From positions 2,675-66,674 of the IMG/VR virus record IMGVR_UViG_3300028559_002342: 64,000 bases of DNA, one strand, 5' to 3'. The notes under the pieces were generated by a model that saw only the letters and a list, made by a program, of their open reading frames with translations, was not told where the DNA came from and did no database searches. Within the stretch, counting starts at the first letter, position 1. Every line of letters begins with the position of its first letter. The stretch comes from a virus. Shown here piece after piece: positions 19,747 to 30,223 of this stretch. Made by a program: the position numbers and the translations under genes.

Positions 19747-20435
19747 AACATCTGTACATTCATCAACATCAAGCACTTGGTGATCATGTGATATGCAATG
19801 GTCTCTGCAGAGAGATTATAAAGAATAAGAAACAACAAGGATACACCCATTTTGTTTTATGGACATATGATTGGCTCATGCCCACAGTAAGCTTCATGTT
19901 TAGAGATCTGGAAAATGTGGAAATAAAAGATAATACCCATGATAGAGAATATTGTGACCGTTTTTATGCACAACAAGGAGTCACCTCAAATGACACTGTT
20001 GGTATCAATTTGGGTAATTTTAGTAATTCTGTTAATTGGGACCAAAGATTTTATTTGGGCCAGAACATACCTTTTGAAACCAGATGGTCCTCTTTCTATG
20101 CTCAAAGAGATGCAAATAGAGAGAAAGATCTGTACAATCAAATTAACCCTCATGATGAACCTTATGTAGTTGTACACAACAGATTTAATTTGGTAAATTA
20201 TGCAAAAATAAGATCAGATTTGAAGCGCATTGAAATAAGCCCAGGCATTACTAATAATGCATTTGACTATCTAACCCTCCTGGAGAAAGCCGCAGAAATT
20301 CATGTGTGTGATTCATCATTCAAACACATAGTTGAATCTTTTGATATGTTCAAGCAGAATCTATTTTACCATAACAATCCTCCCAGAAATGCCAATCATT
20401 ATCATACCTCCAGGAAAGAATGGATAATGGCATGA
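19743..20435 (+). CDS. Putative glycosyltransferase (GT9-like motifs)
   Basis: HQALGDHVICNGL and EIHVCDSSF motifs. Confidence 0.5.
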   Translation: MKHLYIHQHQALGDHVICNGLCREIIKNKKQQGYTHFVLWTYDWLMPTVSFMFRDLENVEIKDNTHDREYCDRFYAQQGVTSNDTVGINLGNFSNSVNWDQRFYLGQNIPFETRWSSFYAQRDANREKDLYNQINPHDEPYVVVHNRFNLVNYAKIRSDLKRIEISPGITNNAFDYLTLLEKAAEIHVCDSSFKHIVESFDMFKQNLFYHNNPPRNANHYHTSRKEWIMA

Positions 20436-20493
20436 CATTCACAGTTGATTTTTTTAATGCAATGCATAAAATATTAAGGATAGTTGATAAAAA

Positions 20494-21171
20494 ATGAAAT
20501 ATAGTAGTGCTAAGATCATTGAGTTGGGTAGTTGCGCATTTAGACAATGGAGGGCTGATAGTCATTGCAGATATATTCATGGATACAGATTGGTGGCTAA
20601 ATTTTGGTTCAATTGCAATAATTTAGATGCAAACAATTGGGTAGTAGATTTTGGTGGATTGAAAGAGTTGAAAGAAATATTAGAGAAGCAATTTGATCAT
20701 ACATTGTGTGTTGCAAGTGATGACCCTTTGTTAGAAGGCTTGCAATCATTGCATACAGCAGGTGGTTGTGATTTGAGAGTAATGCCAGATGGTGTGGGCA
20801 TTGAGAAGACTGCAGAATGGTGTTTGAAGGCAGCAGATGCATTCATAAGACAACAGACAGGCAACCGTTGCTGGGTGGAGAAGGTGGAAGTGTGGGAACA
20901 TGAGAAGAATTCAGCATTGATTACAAATGAAATGGTGCAACCCATTGCTAGTGCTTATTCAATTGCAGAGCAAACTGTGCCCATAAGGCATGTTGAAAAT
21001 TTCCTGGAAGAAGTGCACAAGGAAACAGGTGTGAACGTTGCAGCTGTTCTGAAGCAAGCACCCATGGGTAGCAAACAACCACAACCTGCTGCTTTGAAGC
21101 CAGCAAATGTGGGCAGAAATGTGACCACTGGTTATGGTAATTTGTTTGGTGGCACTTCATGGGGAAATTGA
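20494..21171 (+). CDS. queD: 6-carboxy-5,6,7,8-tetrahydropterin synthase with a C-terminal extension
   Basis: HCRYIHGY, WVVDFGGL, FDH and VEVWEHEKN motifs. Confidence 0.9.
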   Translation: MKYSSAKIIELGSCAFRQWRADSHCRYIHGYRLVAKFWFNCNNLDANNWVVDFGGLKELKEILEKQFDHTLCVASDDPLLEGLQSLHTAGGCDLRVMPDGVGIEKTAEWCLKAADAFIRQQTGNRCWVEKVEVWEHEKNSALITNEMVQPIASAYSIAEQTVPIRHVENFLEEVHKETGVNVAAVLKQAPMGSKQPQPAALKPANVGRNVTTGYGNLFGGTSWGN

Positions 21172-21348
21172 TTGGACGCTGAGACAAAACAACAGTTGTA
21201 TGGTGGTGAGATATCAGATCACCTTTGCAAACCAAAAGAACCAAATGCAAAGAATGACAATAAAAAAATTGAAGACCTGTATTCTAAGATAAAATCAAAA
21301 TCACTTAAATTTGATGCTCGCGATTACTTTGACAATAAACTTAAGTAA
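21172..21348 (+). CDS. Possible small ORF in frame after the queD stop
   Basis: TTG start directly after the TGA; open for 58 codons; overlaps the phoH 3' end in antisense. Confidence 0.3.
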   Translation: MDAETKQQLYGGEISDHLCKPKEPNAKNDNKKIEDLYSKIKSKSLKFDARDYFDNKLK

Positions 21349-22047
21349 TTTGCTTCTGGTGATGTCATCTTCAGTGAAATGAAATGCATGAATGCCGTTT
21401 TCATGACTTTGATCTGTATCAAAAGCTTTCATAATGTTTGCAAACCCTGACTTTTGAATGTCAGATTGCAAAGAATCTCCAATAACAAACAATTTACAGT
21501 TTTTACCAAATCGTGTGAGAATAGTGACTAATTCACTGTGCTCTAGGTTTTGAGCTTCATCCACTATCACCACATTGTTCATGAACGTGGCACCTCGCAA
21601 GAAATTAACTGGTATGCTCTTCAAGTAATCACTTTCAAACAACATCTCGGTTATTTGCTTACCAACAAGTTCGTCACACTTCTCCACAAGAGGAATGCTC
21701 CAAGGTTTGAATTTTTCATCCACTTCACCAGGCAAGCTGCCTAGCTTTCTTGTGGCAGATTCTACTATGCTTCTTATGTACACAATTTCATCTATCTTTT
21801 TGTCCCTGAGCATGGACAAAGCAACATACACAGCCAGGTATGTTTTTGAGGAACCTGCTGGACCATCACAGAACAGGATCTGCGAGGTGTCTTCCATGGC
21901 CTTTTCAACGAAAGATTTGTGATGATCATTTAAATGAAATTTTTGATCAATTCTAAAGTTTAAAAAAATATCATTTCTAATGATACCATTCTCGTCTTTG
22001 GCTTGTGATTTGGCAGCTTTTTTAAGCTGTCTGTCTTTTTTTGACAT
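21301..22047 (-). CDS. phoH: PhoH-family ATPase
   Basis: GPAGSSKT, LGSLPG, FLRGATF, DEAQN and GDSLQSD motifs. Confidence 0.93.
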   Translation of the reverse strand: MSKKDRQLKKAAKSQAKDENGIIRNDIFLNFRIDQKFHLNDHHKSFVEKAMEDTSQILFCDGPAGSSKTYLAVYVALSMLRDKKIDEIVYIRSIVESATRKLGSLPGEVDEKFKPWSIPLVEKCDELVGKQITEMLFESDYLKSIPVNFLRGATFMNNVVIVDEAQNLEHSELVTILTRFGKNCKLFVIGDSLQSDIQKSGFANIMKAFDTDQSHENGIHAFHFTEDDITRSKLLKFIVKVIASIKFK

Positions 22048-22159
22048 CTGTTATTATTTATTCCGGATGTCATTGTTTTAATTGATAATATATTATATAG
22101 CATGCAGTCTGCATAAAAAACAAGTTGAAACAAGCAGAGATTAATATAATATCAATACA

Positions 22160-22897
22160 TTGAGCGATAAGACTATATTTCTAAGTGATGACAAAATATT
22201 CTATACTTTAGAAGGTGAAGGTGAGTATGTTGGGTGTCCTTCTGTGTTCATGCGCCTTTCCATGTGCAACTTGACATGCAAAGGGTTTGCATCTGCTGAC
22301 TCTCCCAACGGTTGTGATAGTTTTATTAGCTGGTCAGTTAAAAACAGAATGACGTTTGATGAAATTTTTGAATACATGTCCAGCAACAGGTACAACTGTT
22401 ATCTCAAAGATGGTGCCATATGGAAGATCACTGGTGGTGAACCTTTGATTCAACAGAATGCTTTACTTGAGCTTGTTGATCAATATATTTTCAGGTTTGG
22501 TTATGTGCCCAAGATTGATTTTGAAACCAACGCGACCATTATGCCAGATCAGCAATGGCTTGATTGGAAGGCAACATTTACAACATCACCAAAATTGAGC
22601 AACAATGGTGATCCAGTTGAGAAGAGATACAAGCCGGTGGTGTTAAAATGGCACGCAAAGAATCGATCAGGGTTCAAGTTTGTTGTGAATAGTGAGACGG
22701 AAGTGAGAGAAATATTGGAAAAATATGTTTATGAATGTGGGGTACCTATGGATCGTATTTGGCTCATGCCTTGTTGTGGCAGCAGGGATGAACATACCGA
22801 AAATTGTCCTATTGTGGCAGAGTTTTGCAAAAAATATAACTTTAAATTTAGTCCAAGATTGCAGCTGGTGATCTGGAACAAAGCCTTGAAGGTTTGA
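22160..22897 (+). CDS. queE: 7-carboxy-7-deazaguanine synthase (radical SAM)
   Basis: FYTLEGEG, CNLTC...CDS, TGGEP, ETN, SPKL and PRLQ motifs. Confidence 0.92.
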   Translation: MSDKTIFLSDDKIFYTLEGEGEYVGCPSVFMRLSMCNLTCKGFASADSPNGCDSFISWSVKNRMTFDEIFEYMSSNRYNCYLKDGAIWKITGGEPLIQQNALLELVDQYIFRFGYVPKIDFETNATIMPDQQWLDWKATFTTSPKLSNNGDPVEKRYKPVVLKWHAKNRSGFKFVVNSETEVREILEKYVYECGVPMDRIWLMPCCGSRDEHTENCPIVAEFCKKYNFKFSPRLQLVIWNKALKV

Positions 22898-22926
22898 AAA
22901 ATTACTAGTGTAGATTAAATTATTTT

Positions 22927-23667
22927 ATGAGAATTGCTATTTCAGGCAGCGCGTGTCAGGGTAAATCAACATTGGTAGACGATTTTATTAAAAATTGGCC
23001 TGCCTATAAGCGGTCAAATGAGTCATATCGTGCTCTTATCAAAGAACAACACATTAATATTAACAAAAAAGTAGACAAAGACGGGCAGTGGAAAATTTTA
23101 AATTGCTTGATAGATGACTTGCAACAAACAAGCAAAAGTGATAATATTATTCTTGACAGGTGTCCGCTAGACAATATTGTGTATTCTCTTTGGGCTGAAG
23201 AGAAGCAGACTTCAGATATTGACAGAGATTTTATTAAAAAATGCATTCCCTTGGTGCAGGAAAGCATGAAAGCAGTGGACATAATCTTCTTCCTGCCAAT
23301 TACAAAAGTTGCACCCATAATAGTGGAAGAAAAGTCCAACAGAGAGATTGATAAGCATTTTATTGAAGAAATTGATCATATTTTTAAAGCCATATCGCAT
23401 GCTCTTGCAGCAAAAGGTGCATGCCCATTCATGGCTTCTGATGACAGGCCACCTGTCATTGAAGTCTTTGGTTCACCTGAAGAGCGCATTGAAATTATAA
23501 AATTGTATCTGGATCAAAATGGTGAATTGATACATGAATCCTCCAGTATACTAGATTCGGAAAACCTTAGCAACATGGAAACCATATTGAGAGCACAGAA
23601 CAAAGCTTTAAAAGAAGAGAAATACGAGCAGAAAATAAAAAATAAGATAATAACTGGCAATAAATAA
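22927..23667 (+). CDS. P-loop nucleotide kinase (AAA_28/dNMP-kinase-like)
   Basis: ISGSACQGKST and DRCPLD motifs. Confidence 0.75.
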   Translation: MRIAISGSACQGKSTLVDDFIKNWPAYKRSNESYRALIKEQHININKKVDKDGQWKILNCLIDDLQQTSKSDNIILDRCPLDNIVYSLWAEEKQTSDIDRDFIKKCIPLVQESMKAVDIIFFLPITKVAPIIVEEKSNREIDKHFIEEIDHIFKAISHALAAKGACPFMASDDRPPVIEVFGSPEERIEIIKLYLDQNGELIHESSSILDSENLSNMETILRAQNKALKEEKYEQKIKNKIITGNK

Positions 23668-23673
23668 TTACAT

Positions 23674-23886
23674 ATGTCTAAATTCAACAATAAGTTTGAA
23701 GAACTCTTGGAAAACTTCAATTGCATTAGAACTGTGAGACGCGAGTTTTACCCTAAAAACTTCAGGTTATCAGAAGATTTTGTTAAATCGTTTAAAAGTG
23801 AATACGTGAGACTTGTGAAAGAGGGCAATCATCCTCGCAAAGTGCTTGCAAGAATCAACAAAGCACTCCTGTTTCACGCAAAATAA
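23674..23886 (+). CDS. Small hypothetical late protein
   Basis: ATAAATA upstream; leader MSKFNNKFEELLE. Confidence 0.55.
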   Translation: MSKFNNKFEELLENFNCIRTVRREFYPKNFRLSEDFVKSFKSEYVRLVKEGNHPRKVLARINKALLFHAK

Positions 23887-24597
23887 TTAGTAAGTTACTA
23901 ACAATCTCCAGAAAATAGTGGGAAACCCTTGTATAGGCTGTGTTAGAGGAGTTGTCAAACCAAGATGTATTTCAAAAGACAGATCACTGGTATTCAGAGG
24001 TCTGTTTATATTGAAAACATATGGCACAACAGCAGCAGATTGATTTAGCATCAATGTAACATTGTAAGGCTTGATGTTGCCTATGACCAGAGGATATGCA
24101 TTGAAAAATTGTGAGATGGTTATTGTTGCGAATTCTGTGCTGGCACCAAATGTTACACTGCCTGTTTGATCAGCTATTCTCTTGTATATTGTATTTTGAT
24201 AGGCAGATAAAGCAGGTAGCTTATTGAGTACTATGTCGCTGTAATCTGGAGATGTACCTGACAGATATGAGGCATTAGTTACTAAGCCATTGTCCACAGT
24301 AAAATAATTGCAATACTGTGGACCCACACTATCCCCTGCAGCTCTGTTAGTTCTAAATGCATCTGCTACAATTTGCACACCAGAAATGGAATTAAAATTG
24401 CAAGTATTACCAGACAGTGTGCCAGGCAATATGGCATCACCATTTGCCTCTGTCTTTAACACATTAAAATTTTGAAAGGTGATTGTTTGTGTGCCGCTAT
24501 CTGTTTGCAATATGAGCAGATCTGTATCCAATGCTTCTTGAGATTGAGGTAATCCATTTATATTAACGAAATTACTGTTTGAATTATTGATAGCCAT
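23887..24597 (-). CDS. Fibre-like structural protein
   Basis: INGLP...DLLILQT..GTQTIT resembles the MADV-type N-terminal module; ATAAATA-N6-ATG. Confidence 0.55.
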   Translation of the reverse strand: MAINNSNSNFVNINGLPQSQEALDTDLLILQTDSGTQTITFQNFNVLKTEANGDAILPGTLSGNTCNFNSISGVQIVADAFRTNRAAGDSVGPQYCNYFTVDNGLVTNASYLSGTSPDYSDIVLNKLPALSAYQNTIYKRIADQTGSVTFGASTEFATITISQFFNAYPLVIGNIKPYNVTLMLNQSAAVVPYVFNINRPLNTSDLSFEIHLGLTTPLTQPIQGFPTIFWRLLVTY

Positions 24598-24629
24598 TGT
24601 TAATATTTATATTATAATACAAATAATAT

Positions 24630-25487
24630 ATGGATAAAATTGGTGTAGGCATAATTACGTGCAATCGTCTAAACTTTCTGGAAAGCTGCATCAACTCATT
24701 GCCTGATGCAGTAGGCAATGATATCCCGCTAGTTATTGTAAATGATGGAGATATCGATGTTCCGAAAAAAATAATCTCTAAAAAAAATGTGCATATCATC
24801 AAGCACAGTAAAAATAGCGGTGTGGGTGTATCTAAAAATGATGCTTTAAAACAACTTATGCAACTACATGTAGACCATCTCTTCTTGCTTGAAGATGATA
24901 TTATTATACTAGATAAGGACATCTTTAACAAGTATGTTGATGCATCAAAACGAACAGGCATTATGCACTTTAATTATGGCCCAGGCAGCCCCTTCAATCG
25001 CAAGCAAGATAATGATGAAACATTTGATCTACATAACAGACATCTGGCCAAGCAAAATACTGAACCTCATCCTCGCATAATTGTTGATTACGGCAATGAC
25101 CTAAAGATTGCTTTGTACATGCACACTGTTGCCATGTTCAGTTACTTTAATAGAAGAGCCATCGATATGGCAGGGTACATTGATGAAGAGTTTTTTAATG
25201 CCTGGGAGCATGTGGATCATACCTACAGAATCATAAAAGCAGGCATGCACCCACCTTTCTGGTGGTTTGCTGATCTTGAGAATAGTCATCATCTTCTCAC
25301 TGAAGCTCCTGGTGCCATAGACAACAGTTCCATTGCTAATAAAACTGATCAATGGCAGAAAAACGTCATGACAGGCAGAGAGATTTATTACCGCAAGCAT
25401 GGCCATTATCCAAATCAACCACCTTATTATGGTGAAGCAGACGCCATACAAGCATTAAAAGAAATACACAAAAAATATGTTAAATAG
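24630..25487 (+). CDS. Glycosyltransferase family 2
   Basis: VIVNDG, NSGVG.SKN, LLEDD and DEEF...EHVD motifs. Confidence 0.85.
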   Translation: MDKIGVGIITCNRLNFLESCINSLPDAVGNDIPLVIVNDGDIDVPKKIISKKNVHIIKHSKNSGVGVSKNDALKQLMQLHVDHLFLLEDDIIILDKDIFNKYVDASKRTGIMHFNYGPGSPFNRKQDNDETFDLHNRHLAKQNTEPHPRIIVDYGNDLKIALYMHTVAMFSYFNRRAIDMAGYIDEEFFNAWEHVDHTYRIIKAGMHPPFWWFADLENSHHLLTEAPGAIDNSSIANKTDQWQKNVMTGREIYYRKHGHYPNQPPYYGEADAIQALKEIHKKYVK

Positions 25488-26829
25488 TTTTTTTGATTGT
25501 GTGTATGTGATTAATCTCAAGAGACGGCTTGATCGACTGGACCACATAACCAATGAATTTAAAAAAATTTATACTACGTTTAAGCTTGTTGAAGCTGTTG
25601 ATGGTAATAATGTAGAATGCAATTTAAAAGTGGGCAATGGATGGAATTACAAGGGTGTAACAGGTTGTGCCTATAGTCATAGAAAAGTCTACACTGACGC
25701 TCTGGCTAATAATTACAAACAAATCTTAGTAGTAGAAGATGATAATATTTTTGCAGATAATTTTAATGCATTGTTTGAGTCTTTCATCAAGCAGGTGCCT
25801 GATAATTGGGACATGCTCTACTTTGGTGGTAACCATCAAGCAAAAACAAAAGCTGTTAATATAAACGTAGAAAGATTAATGCACACGTACACCACAAATT
25901 GCTATGCCATTCGCTGCAACATAATACCAGATCTGTTGAACCATCTACCAGAAGATACCCAAAAACTTGCAACACCAATAGATGTGTTACTAACCACCAT
26001 TCAAAAGAAAGGCGCCTGTTATTCACATAAACCTCACATATGCTGGCAGCTAGGAGACTTTTCAGATATAGAAAATAAGCAGCAGGAAATTTCTTATTTA
26101 AAATCACATTCGATCAAGGCATCTTTAATTATCTCTTCTTTTAATCAAGCCAAGAGACTAAAGTTTAGCTTGCAGAGTGCCATCTTACAGACATATGAAA
26201 ATTATGAAGTTATTTTAGCGGATGATAATTCAACAGATAGTTCTGTTAATATGGTAAAAGAGCTGTTTCCAGGTGTAAGAATATCTTTAAATACCAAATC
26301 AAAATCTAACAAATACACATTAGCGGATAACTGGAACACTGCCGCACAGCTTGCTTGTGGTGAGCGCTTAATATTCACCAATGGTGATAATTTATTTTGC
26401 TCTGGCTTTGTTGCTGCTCATATGGATGTGCATATGCAGAATGATATTATATTTGGTCCAAACGAACGCTCCACGGATGAAATTGAACCTCTGCTGGACT
26501 CATGCGCCAATCATCATGAAATATTACGATCCATAAAAACTATCGAGAGAGACTTGAGACATGATGATAGTGCTTATACATACAATCAGATCTACAACAC
26601 CTGGTATCCTTGGGGCAACAATTTCTCTATTCCTACAAAAATCTTTAAAGATGTGGGTGGTTTTCCGCCTAGAGATTATTATGGTGGCGAGGAAAAAGAG
26701 CTGTTAGATAACGTAATAACTAAATTTAATACACCCATAAAATCAAACAAACACACCTACACACTGCATCTGTGGCATCCACAATTTAATAACGCAAAAA
26801 GTAAAGAGAGAGCAGGGTATAAATTATGA
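25477..26829 (+). CDS. Fused GT25 + GT2 glycosyltransferase
   Basis: N-half YVINL..R.DR, AVDG, GC..SH, VEDD, WDMLYFG (GT25); C-half YEVILADDNSTD (GT2). Confidence 0.85.
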   Translation: MLNSFFDCVYVINLKRRLDRLDHITNEFKKIYTTFKLVEAVDGNNVECNLKVGNGWNYKGVTGCAYSHRKVYTDALANNYKQILVVEDDNIFADNFNALFESFIKQVPDNWDMLYFGGNHQAKTKAVNINVERLMHTYTTNCYAIRCNIIPDLLNHLPEDTQKLATPIDVLLTTIQKKGACYSHKPHICWQLGDFSDIENKQQEISYLKSHSIKASLIISSFNQAKRLKFSLQSAILQTYENYEVILADDNSTDSSVNMVKELFPGVRISLNTKSKSNKYTLADNWNTAAQLACGERLIFTNGDNLFCSGFVAAHMDVHMQNDIIFGPNERSTDEIEPLLDSCANHHEILRSIKTIERDLRHDDSAYTYNQIYNTWYPWGNNFSIPTKIFKDVGGFPPRDYYGGEEKELLDNVITKFNTPIKSNKHTYTLHLWHPQFNNAKSKERAGYKL

Positions 26830-27593
26830 TTTGTTATCCATTATTGGGTAAAAATGGGGAGTTTGGCAACCAGCTTTTTCAAATTGCTGCTACTGTGTCA
26901 CATGCCATAGATTGTAATGATGAAGCCATTTTTCCGCAATATAATTACAATTATTTGTTTAAAAATAAAATCCATACAACTGCTAACGAGCCAATTATTG
27001 AAAATAATTATACAGAAGAACATTTTTACTACAGCCCTATTCCTAAGCTACCCAATTTATCGATTAACGGATATTTTCAAACAGAAAAATATTTTATTAA
27101 TAACAAAAAGCAAATTTTAGATTTATTCGAATTTGCAGATAGTTTCACAGAAACAGTAATCAATAAATATTCTAATTACCTTAAAAATAACCCTGTGGGC
27201 GTCCAATTAAGAACATACTCTCGTGGCTCTATAGATCCAAGAAATATACATTCTGATGTGTTTGAAAATGAAGGTTATCTGCAAAAAGCGTTCAATTACT
27301 TTGGAAAGGATAGGCTCTACGTTCTAGTAACAGATAACTTTGCATATGCACAGGCCAGACTACCCAAACGAGACAATATTATCCTATTGAACACATCAGA
27401 TCTTTGTGAAGATTTTTGCCTGCTAACACTGTGCACAGATTTAATATGCTCGGCTTCATCATTTGGCTGGTGGGCGTCATATTTAAACAAAAATAACAAC
27501 AAGAAAATCATTATGCCTAAACGCTGGTTTAACGTTGCTGATGATTGGTATGATATAAGAGACATTTATCCTGCAGGAGTTATTAAATTTTGA
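26826..27593 (+). CDS. Alpha-1,2-fucosyltransferase-like enzyme (GT11)
   Basis: GEFGNQLFQ, GYFQTEKYF, SSFGWWASYL and PKRWF motifs. Confidence 0.85.
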   Translation: MICYPLLGKNGEFGNQLFQIAATVSHAIDCNDEAIFPQYNYNYLFKNKIHTTANEPIIENNYTEEHFYYSPIPKLPNLSINGYFQTEKYFINNKKQILDLFEFADSFTETVINKYSNYLKNNPVGVQLRTYSRGSIDPRNIHSDVFENEGYLQKAFNYFGKDRLYVLVTDNFAYAQARLPKRDNIILLNTSDLCEDFCLLTLCTDLICSASSFGWWASYLNKNNNKKIIMPKRWFNVADDWYDIRDIYPAGVIKF

Positions 27594-28261
27594 ATATTCT
27601 TTTTAATATAATTGCTACTGGTGAATACTACGACATGTATGCTACACCTCTGATACAAACATTAAAAGATAAGACATTTCTGTCTTCAAAAAAAGACTTT
27701 CTAGTATTTTCTGATAACAAGAAGCTTCACGGTGCAGACAACTACATAGCGCATTTTCCATGGCCTATCAATACATTAATGAGGTTTTATTACATGTGCA
27801 GGTTTGTTGAGTTTTATAAAAAATATGATTATATATATTATATAGATAGTGACATGCTGGTAAACAACATCATTAATGATGATCTATTACCAGATGATTC
27901 CGGCTTAGTGGGTGTGGAGCATCCATTGCAAAAAAGAAAAATCTTAGGAGAAAGACCTTCATTTGAAACAAATAAGCACAGTTTAGCATATTTTGAAGAA
28001 CAAAAAAATGAAGTTTATTTTCAAGGTTGTTTGTTTGGTGGGGTCGCAGTGGAGTTTGTCCACTTAATAAACACATTAAATGAAAGAACAAACAAGGATA
28101 TTGGTAACAACATTATAGCTCGGTGGCATGATGAGTCATACCTGAACTGGTATTTTAATACTGTTAGGCAGCCCAAAGCATTAACGTCTGACTATTGCTA
28201 CCCAGAAGCGTTTCCTAATCTGGGCTTGATCCCCAAAATTGTACATATACATAAAAAATAA
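27590..28261 (+). CDS. GT6 glycosyltransferase (ABO/alpha-1,3-Gal(NAc) transferase-like)
   Basis: IATGEY, WP..TLMRF, DSD, YFQGCLFGG and WHDESYLN motifs. Confidence 0.88.
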   Translation: MNILFNIIATGEYYDMYATPLIQTLKDKTFLSSKKDFLVFSDNKKLHGADNYIAHFPWPINTLMRFYYMCRFVEFYKKYDYIYYIDSDMLVNNIINDDLLPDDSGLVGVEHPLQKRKILGERPSFETNKHSLAYFEEQKNEVYFQGCLFGGVAVEFVHLINTLNERTNKDIGNNIIARWHDESYLNWYFNTVRQPKALTSDYCYPEAFPNLGLIPKIVHIHKK

Positions 28262-28482
28262 TGAATAATAATTTAGGAGCTTTTTACCAGTTGTTTGATA
28301 AGATTAATGCTGCAGATTTCGTATTAACTAATTTCAAAAGATTTGCAGGTGGGCCTATAACAATTGTTTCAGATGGTGGTAAGGACTCAATTAACCCACA
28401 ATTTACAGAGGTTAATAGAAACCCGGATTGGAATAATAAAAGATATTCAATAGTCCACAATTATAAGGAGCTTTATAAATGA
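28261..28482 (+). pseudogene. Probable internally deleted glycosyltransferase-like gene
   Basis: Only 73 aa; a GT-like N-terminus (...ITIVSDGG) joins directly to a C-terminus-like IVHNYKELY segment. Confidence 0.4.
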
Positions 28483-29423
28483 AAATAGCAATAGTTGGTC
28501 CAGGTATACTTGAAATACCTCCAAAAGGATGGGGTGCAGTAGAGATTCTCATTTGGGATTATAAGCAATCTTTAGAAAAAAAAGGACACAATGTCCTAAT
28601 AGTTAATACACAAACAAAACAGGATATTATTAATCAGGTGGATCAATTTGAGCCCGATTTTATACACATTCAATATGACGATTATTGGGAGCTCGAAAAT
28701 TCATTTAAGTGCAAAAATATTGCCATTACATCGCATTTTGGCTATCTGGAGCAAGAGGAAAAGCATAGTGACTACAGTAAAATATTTAATGGGTTCTTGC
28801 GTCTTAAGATTGCAAAGATCTTCTGCCTGTCTCCTGGCATTGCCAATGTATATAGAAAATGTGGGGTACCTGAGAGTAGAATATACATTACACCCAACGG
28901 CGTAAGGGATGACCTTTTTTCGTTTGAAGAATATCCCGAAAAACCTTATCTCTCGGTGTATCTTGCAAAAATTGACTATAGAAAGAGACAACATTTATTC
29001 CATAATATTCCAAATTTATATTTTGCTGGACAGATTGCAGATTCAAGATTTAAGAACAATGACAACTATTTAGGTGAAGTTAGCAAGCAATTTATATATA
29101 AAAATTTGACTAAGTTTGGTAATCTGGTTCTACTCAGTGATGGTGAAGCACATCCGCTGGTGTGCCTTGAAGCTCTAGTCACCGGATTAGGGGTAGTAAT
29201 ATCAGAATATGCTCATGCTAATCTTGACGCTACAAAACCTTACATAACAGTTATTCCTGAAGCTAAGATTGGCGATACAAACTATGTGCATCAAAAAATT
29301 GAAGAAAACAGACTAGCTGCTGTTTCCATGAGAAAAGAAATACGTCAATATGCTATTGATAACTTTTCCTATCTGAACAGCAATTTAATTAATAATTATT
29401 TAAAATTTGCAAATGACAAATGA
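28479..29423 (+). CDS. Glycosyltransferase family 4
   Basis: IPPKGWGAVE, PNGV and EAHPLVCLEAL motifs. Confidence 0.87.
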   Translation: MKIAIVGPGILEIPPKGWGAVEILIWDYKQSLEKKGHNVLIVNTQTKQDIINQVDQFEPDFIHIQYDDYWELENSFKCKNIAITSHFGYLEQEEKHSDYSKIFNGFLRLKIAKIFCLSPGIANVYRKCGVPESRIYITPNGVRDDLFSFEEYPEKPYLSVYLAKIDYRKRQHLFHNIPNLYFAGQIADSRFKNNDNYLGEVSKQFIYKNLTKFGNLVLLSDGEAHPLVCLEALVTGLGVVISEYAHANLDATKPYITVIPEAKIGDTNYVHQKIEENRLAAVSMRKEIRQYAIDNFSYLNSNLINNYLKFANDK

Positions 29424-30223
29424 TGGAAATACGTGGCAGTTCTGGTTGTAAGTTACACATAGAAGATAATACTATTTTAAAATATACAGAATGCAAAGAC
29501 TATAGATCAAGACTATCAAAACAAAAAGATAAACAACTTTTTTTTAATAATAATATCACGTGTAAGAACATTGTTGCACCGAAAATCCTAGCAAGCAACA
29601 ATTATTCCTTCACAATGGAGTATTTTAATTATTATAAAAACTTTATAGACTTTTTAAGCACATGTTCGAAGCTTGATATTCATAATCTTATTGCTAATAT
29701 TCAGAATTTTATTAATATTCTCTTACAAGATTCAAAGACAATACACATTGATTATGATGTTTTAACTAACAAATTTAATTCAATTGACAAAAAACAATAT
29801 AGTAATCTTATTAATGCTCATTACAAGAAGTTTGATAAATGTGACTTAGTACTGCCTGTGGGCTTTTGTCATGGTGACCTCACCTTTTCCAACATGCTTT
29901 TTTATAATGAAAAGATAGTTATTTTTGATTTTTTAGATTCTTTTATTGAAACTCCACTACAAGATATGGTAAAGCTAAGACAAGATACAAAATACTTTTG
30001 GTCACTACTAAAGTGCAACAAAATTTATGATAGAGTAAGAATTGAAATAATTTTGAATAATATTGACGAGCAACTAGACATGCATTTCATGAAATTTGAT
30101 TTCTATAAAAAATATTATAAAATATTTCAGTTCATCAATCTAGTTCGAATTATACCTTATGCAAAATCCCTTAATGAAGAACAGCTACTAATAGACTCAA
30201 TAAAGACCTTAGTTAATGAATAG
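29420..30223 (+). CDS. APH/choline-kinase-like phosphotransferase
   Basis: G.SG, MEY, CHGDLTFSN and DFLD motifs. Confidence 0.8.
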   Translation: MMEIRGSSGCKLHIEDNTILKYTECKDYRSRLSKQKDKQLFFNNNITCKNIVAPKILASNNYSFTMEYFNYYKNFIDFLSTCSKLDIHNLIANIQNFINILLQDSKTIHIDYDVLTNKFNSIDKKQYSNLINAHYKKFDKCDLVLPVGFCHGDLTFSNMLFYNEKIVIFDFLDSFIETPLQDMVKLRQDTKYFWSLLKCNKIYDRVRIEIILNNIDEQLDMHFMKFDFYKKYYKIFQFINLVRIIPYAKSLNEEQLLIDSIKTLVNE

